The notes under the pieces: generated by a model
Database searches by the model: none
What the model was told of the DNA's origin: nothing
What the model saw: only the letters and a program-made list of their open reading frames with translations
Position numbers and translations under genes: made by a program
Origin: Eledone cirrhosa
Taxonomy: Eukaryota
Length of the DNA: 64,000 nucleotides
Assembly (NCBI GenBank): GCA_964016885.1
Contig: OZ024741.1
Coordinates: 152,644,001-152,708,000 of the forward strand
Reading direction: 5' to 3'
Part shown: positions 60,697 through 64,000 of the stretch, piece by piece
How the letters are laid out: the number at the start of each line of letters is the position of its first letter
How positions within the stretch are numbered: position 1 is the first letter of the stretch

Positions 60697-62037
60697 TACT
60701 AGACATTTAGTCCGACAATGTATATACCGAGTCAATGAAACCGCATGACATCTAGTCTGGCAATGTACAAGCAAAGAGGTTACTCGATATTTAGTCCGTG
60801 TCAATGAAACTGCTAGACATTTAGTTCGGCACTGTATAGGTAATGAGACCGCTAGACAGTTAGCCCTACACCGTATATACCGTGTCAATGAGACTGTTAG
60901 ACCGTTAGTCCGGCAGTGAGGGAATGAGATTGCTAAATAGTTAATCCGGCAATATATATACCGTTTCAATGAGACTGATAGGCAGATGGTCTGGCGACGA
61001 TTATACCATGTCAATGAGACTGCTAGACATTTAGTCCGGCATTATGTAGGCAATGAGACGGCTAGAAAGTTAGCTCGGCAACGTATATACCGTGTCAATG
61101 AGACTGTTAGACATTTAGTCCGGCTCTGTGTAGGCAATGAGACCGTTAGACATTTAGTATGGCACTATGTAGGCAATGAAACCGTTAGACAGTTCAGCAA
61201 CGTATACACCATGGCAATGAGACTGCTAGACATTCAGTCCGGCACTGTCCAGGCAATGAGACTGCTAGACATTTAGTTTGGCACTGTGCAGGCAATGAGA
61301 CTGCTAGACATTTAGCTTGGCACTATGTAGGCAATGAGACTGCAAGACTGTTCGACAATGTATATACCGTGACAATGAGACTGTTAGAAATTTAGTCCGG
61401 CACTATGAGGGAATGTGTTTGCTAAACAGTTAGTCTGGCAACATATATACCGTGTAAATGAGATTGCTAAACAGTTAGTCCGGTAACATATATACCATTT
61501 CAATGAGACTGATAGACAGTTAGTCCGGCACTATGAGGGAATGAGATTACTAGACAGTTAGTTCGGTAATGATTATACCGTGTCAATGAGACTGCTAGTC
61601 ATTTGGTCCGGCACTGTATAGGCAATGGGACCGCTAGACAGCTCAGCAATGTATATACCGTGTCAATGAGACTGCTAGACAGTTAGTCCGGCACTATGTA
61701 GGCAATGAGACCGCTAGACAGCTCAGCTACGTATATACCGTGCCAATGAGACTGCTAGACAGTTAGTCCGGCACTATGTAGGCAATGGGACCGCTAGACA
61801 GCTCAGCAATGTATATACCGTGCCAATGAGACTGCTAGATAGTTAGTCCGGCAACGATTATACCACGTCAATGAGACTGCAAGACATTTAGTCCGGCACT
61901 GTGTAGGCAATGAGACAGCTAGACAGTAAGTCTGACAACAATTATACCATGTCAATGAGACAGCTAAACCTTTAATCCGGCACTGTGGAGAAATAAGACT
62001 GCTAGACAGTTAGCCCGGCACTGTATATTCTGTGTCA
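60697..62037. repeat. Composite minisatellite: ~28-bp core CAATGAGACTGCTAGACA(T/G)TTAGTCCGG with two alternative tails (units ~39-45 bp)
   Basis: Roughly 30 diverged units; tails CACTATGTAGG or CAACGTATATACCGTGT. Confidence 0.92.
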
Positions 62038-62587
62038 GTCAACAACCCCTGTTAATAGAAACATATCCGAAAGACATGGCAGGAATTCTCTCCACTGCCT
62101 TTCTATTATTTTATGGGGGGGGGGGGGTATATTTCTTGTAAAAAACTATATTTACTTAATTCTTCTATTTCATTGCATCGATACTTCTCTCTCTTTTTAA
62201 CTTTCCCTCTCTCTCCACTCTCCCTCTCCCCCCTCTCTCTCTTCTCTATCTCTCCTCTCTTTCCTCTATCTCTCCCCTTACTCTATCTCCTCTATCTCTT
62301 CCCCTCTTTCTCTCCCTCCTCTCTCACTCTCACATACTCACACACACAGAATCACACACGCACACTCTCCTCTTTTTCCTCTCTCTCTTCTCCATCTTTC
62401 CTCTCTCACACAAACACACTCTCTCTATATATATCTATATATATAAAACTGATGTTTCCTCCCGAGCTGTTAGTTCACGCGGGATTCTCTGCTACACCTT
62501 TTCGTAATAATACCGAACAACGTACTGCTGGTCATTCCTTCCTCCAAAAGCCGTACAAAGCCCCCCCCCCTCTCTCTCTCTCTCTCC

Positions 62588-62648
<61 letters not shown>

Positions 62649-63119
62649 CGGGATCTTCTGAAACTAAAAACAGTATTCTGTGAAGGCAGAAGTAAATATT
62701 TCGAGAAACGTTGCAACCGAAGGAAAACAGGAAGACGATATTTTGGTTCTTGAAGACGTTCCCTGGCAATGAACGGAAAAAAAGCGAGGATAATATGTCG
62801 TTATATGGACTGAGAAGAACAATTTCATGCAAAGACAAGACCAAGTTTATGGTATAAATGGAGTCGTTAGACTAATATTCTATTTAAAATAACCGAATGA
62901 TTTCCAGCCCCGGAGTTTAAGAATAATGTAAATAAAATTGAAAACGAAAATGACAGAGGTTATTAAAATAGTAAAAGTAAATAGTGAAGATTTAGGCCAG
63001 TACATACGTATGCGCCGACGGACATACACATACATATACATACGCACACAGAAATACATACACACACACAAACACACCCACACACGCGCGCACGCACGCA
63101 AGTAAGCGTTATGCATTTC

Positions 63120-63275
63120 TACAGTATTTTCACCAAACTTAAGGCATAGGTTACTTATGTACTCCGGATGGTCATGGGCACTTTCATTTTTCCAGATATT
63201 AATGGTACACATAATACATAAATGGTATACATAACTGCTATTTAATACCCGAGCAATGCCGGGTACCTCTGGTAG
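63120..63275 (+). mobile_element. Helitron-like non-autonomous element 3' part
   Basis: CCCGAGCAATGCCGGGTACC...GTAG-T resembles the 32960-32987 end; internal AAACTT..ACTTATGT..ATGGG similar to ~32445-32490. Confidence 0.5.
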
Positions 63276-63302
63276 TATATATATATCTATAAAAACTGAT
63301 GT

Positions 63303-63373
<71 letters not shown>

Positions 63374-63823
63374 TCATTTTTGCAAAGTCTATACAAATCC
63401 ACATTTCTACTCCGATTGACTTCAAACTTGCATTTATATATTCCTTGCGGTCTAAAGATATTAACTGCAGCTTTTATTTTTCAATTTTCTGTTGTTAAAG
63501 GGTGTTAGGCGCCGGTTATCCATCTCCGTCGCGCTCTTATAATATCTGTCTGTCTGCATTACGACATTCTGACGAACATTGATGACGTGTTATGTTCGCT
63601 ATTATCTGTTCATTGCCAGGGAATGTCTTCACGAACCAAAGTATCGTCTTCCTGTTTTCCTTCGGTTGCAACGTTTTTCGATTGATGTTTTTAGTTTCAG
63701 AAGATCCCGTTAAGAGTGAAAGCAACGATTTTTTGCTTAAACTTTAATCTGTTATTTTAATCTATATATGTATATATATATATAAAACTGAGGGAGGATG
63801 TATGTATGTATGTATGTATGTAT

Positions 63824-64000
63824 GGGAGAGATGACCCCTTAGCCTTTGTCAAGGCAGAATTCTAGGAGAAGGAAAACTCTGATATAACACCTGCAACCCT
63901 GATGGTATCCAATGATGTTGACTTGTTCTTCTTTTTGGTAAATATCATCTTGGTTAAGAGAGTGGGACTGGCTTTGTGCAGTGCCTTTGCTCACTATAAA
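63824..64000 (+). mobile_element. Copy 4 (5'-truncated, runs off window) of the 605-bp RTE-derived element
   Basis: Reverse complement of ~47187-47363; preceded by (TATG)n. Confidence 0.85.

Noticed and set aside
60697-62037. CRISPR array
   Set aside because: Spacers are short and of only two recurring types, repeats are degenerate, no cas genes, eukaryotic context.

Overview
Repeat-dominated eukaryotic DNA with no supportable host protein-coding gene. The SINE and microsatellite content resembles octopus (cephalopod) genomes; this is inference from recall, not a search. 1-21.67 kb is a 15-bp satellite (ACATACTATCATCTT and variants) with nested higher-order periods of about 1.26, 3.7 and 8.8-9.0 kb. 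The remainder is a microsatellite-rich transposon mosaic. It holds a near full-length L1/Tx1-type LINE plus a truncated copy, both embedded in (GATA)n; two R4/Dong-like REL-endonuclease 3' fragments in (TACA)n; four copies of a ~605-bp non-coding RTE-like element; degenerate RTE ORF fragments; a DD37D (maT) transposon; Helitron-like ends; and many tRNA-SINEs. The most striking signal is about 9 type I hammerhead ribozyme cores from several unrelated sequence families. Most sit in fold-back (inverted-duplicate) Penelope-like 3' ends, one attached to a GIY-YIG C-terminus, and the inversion junctions repeatedly fall inside hammerhead stem II. All folds and alignments were done by eye.
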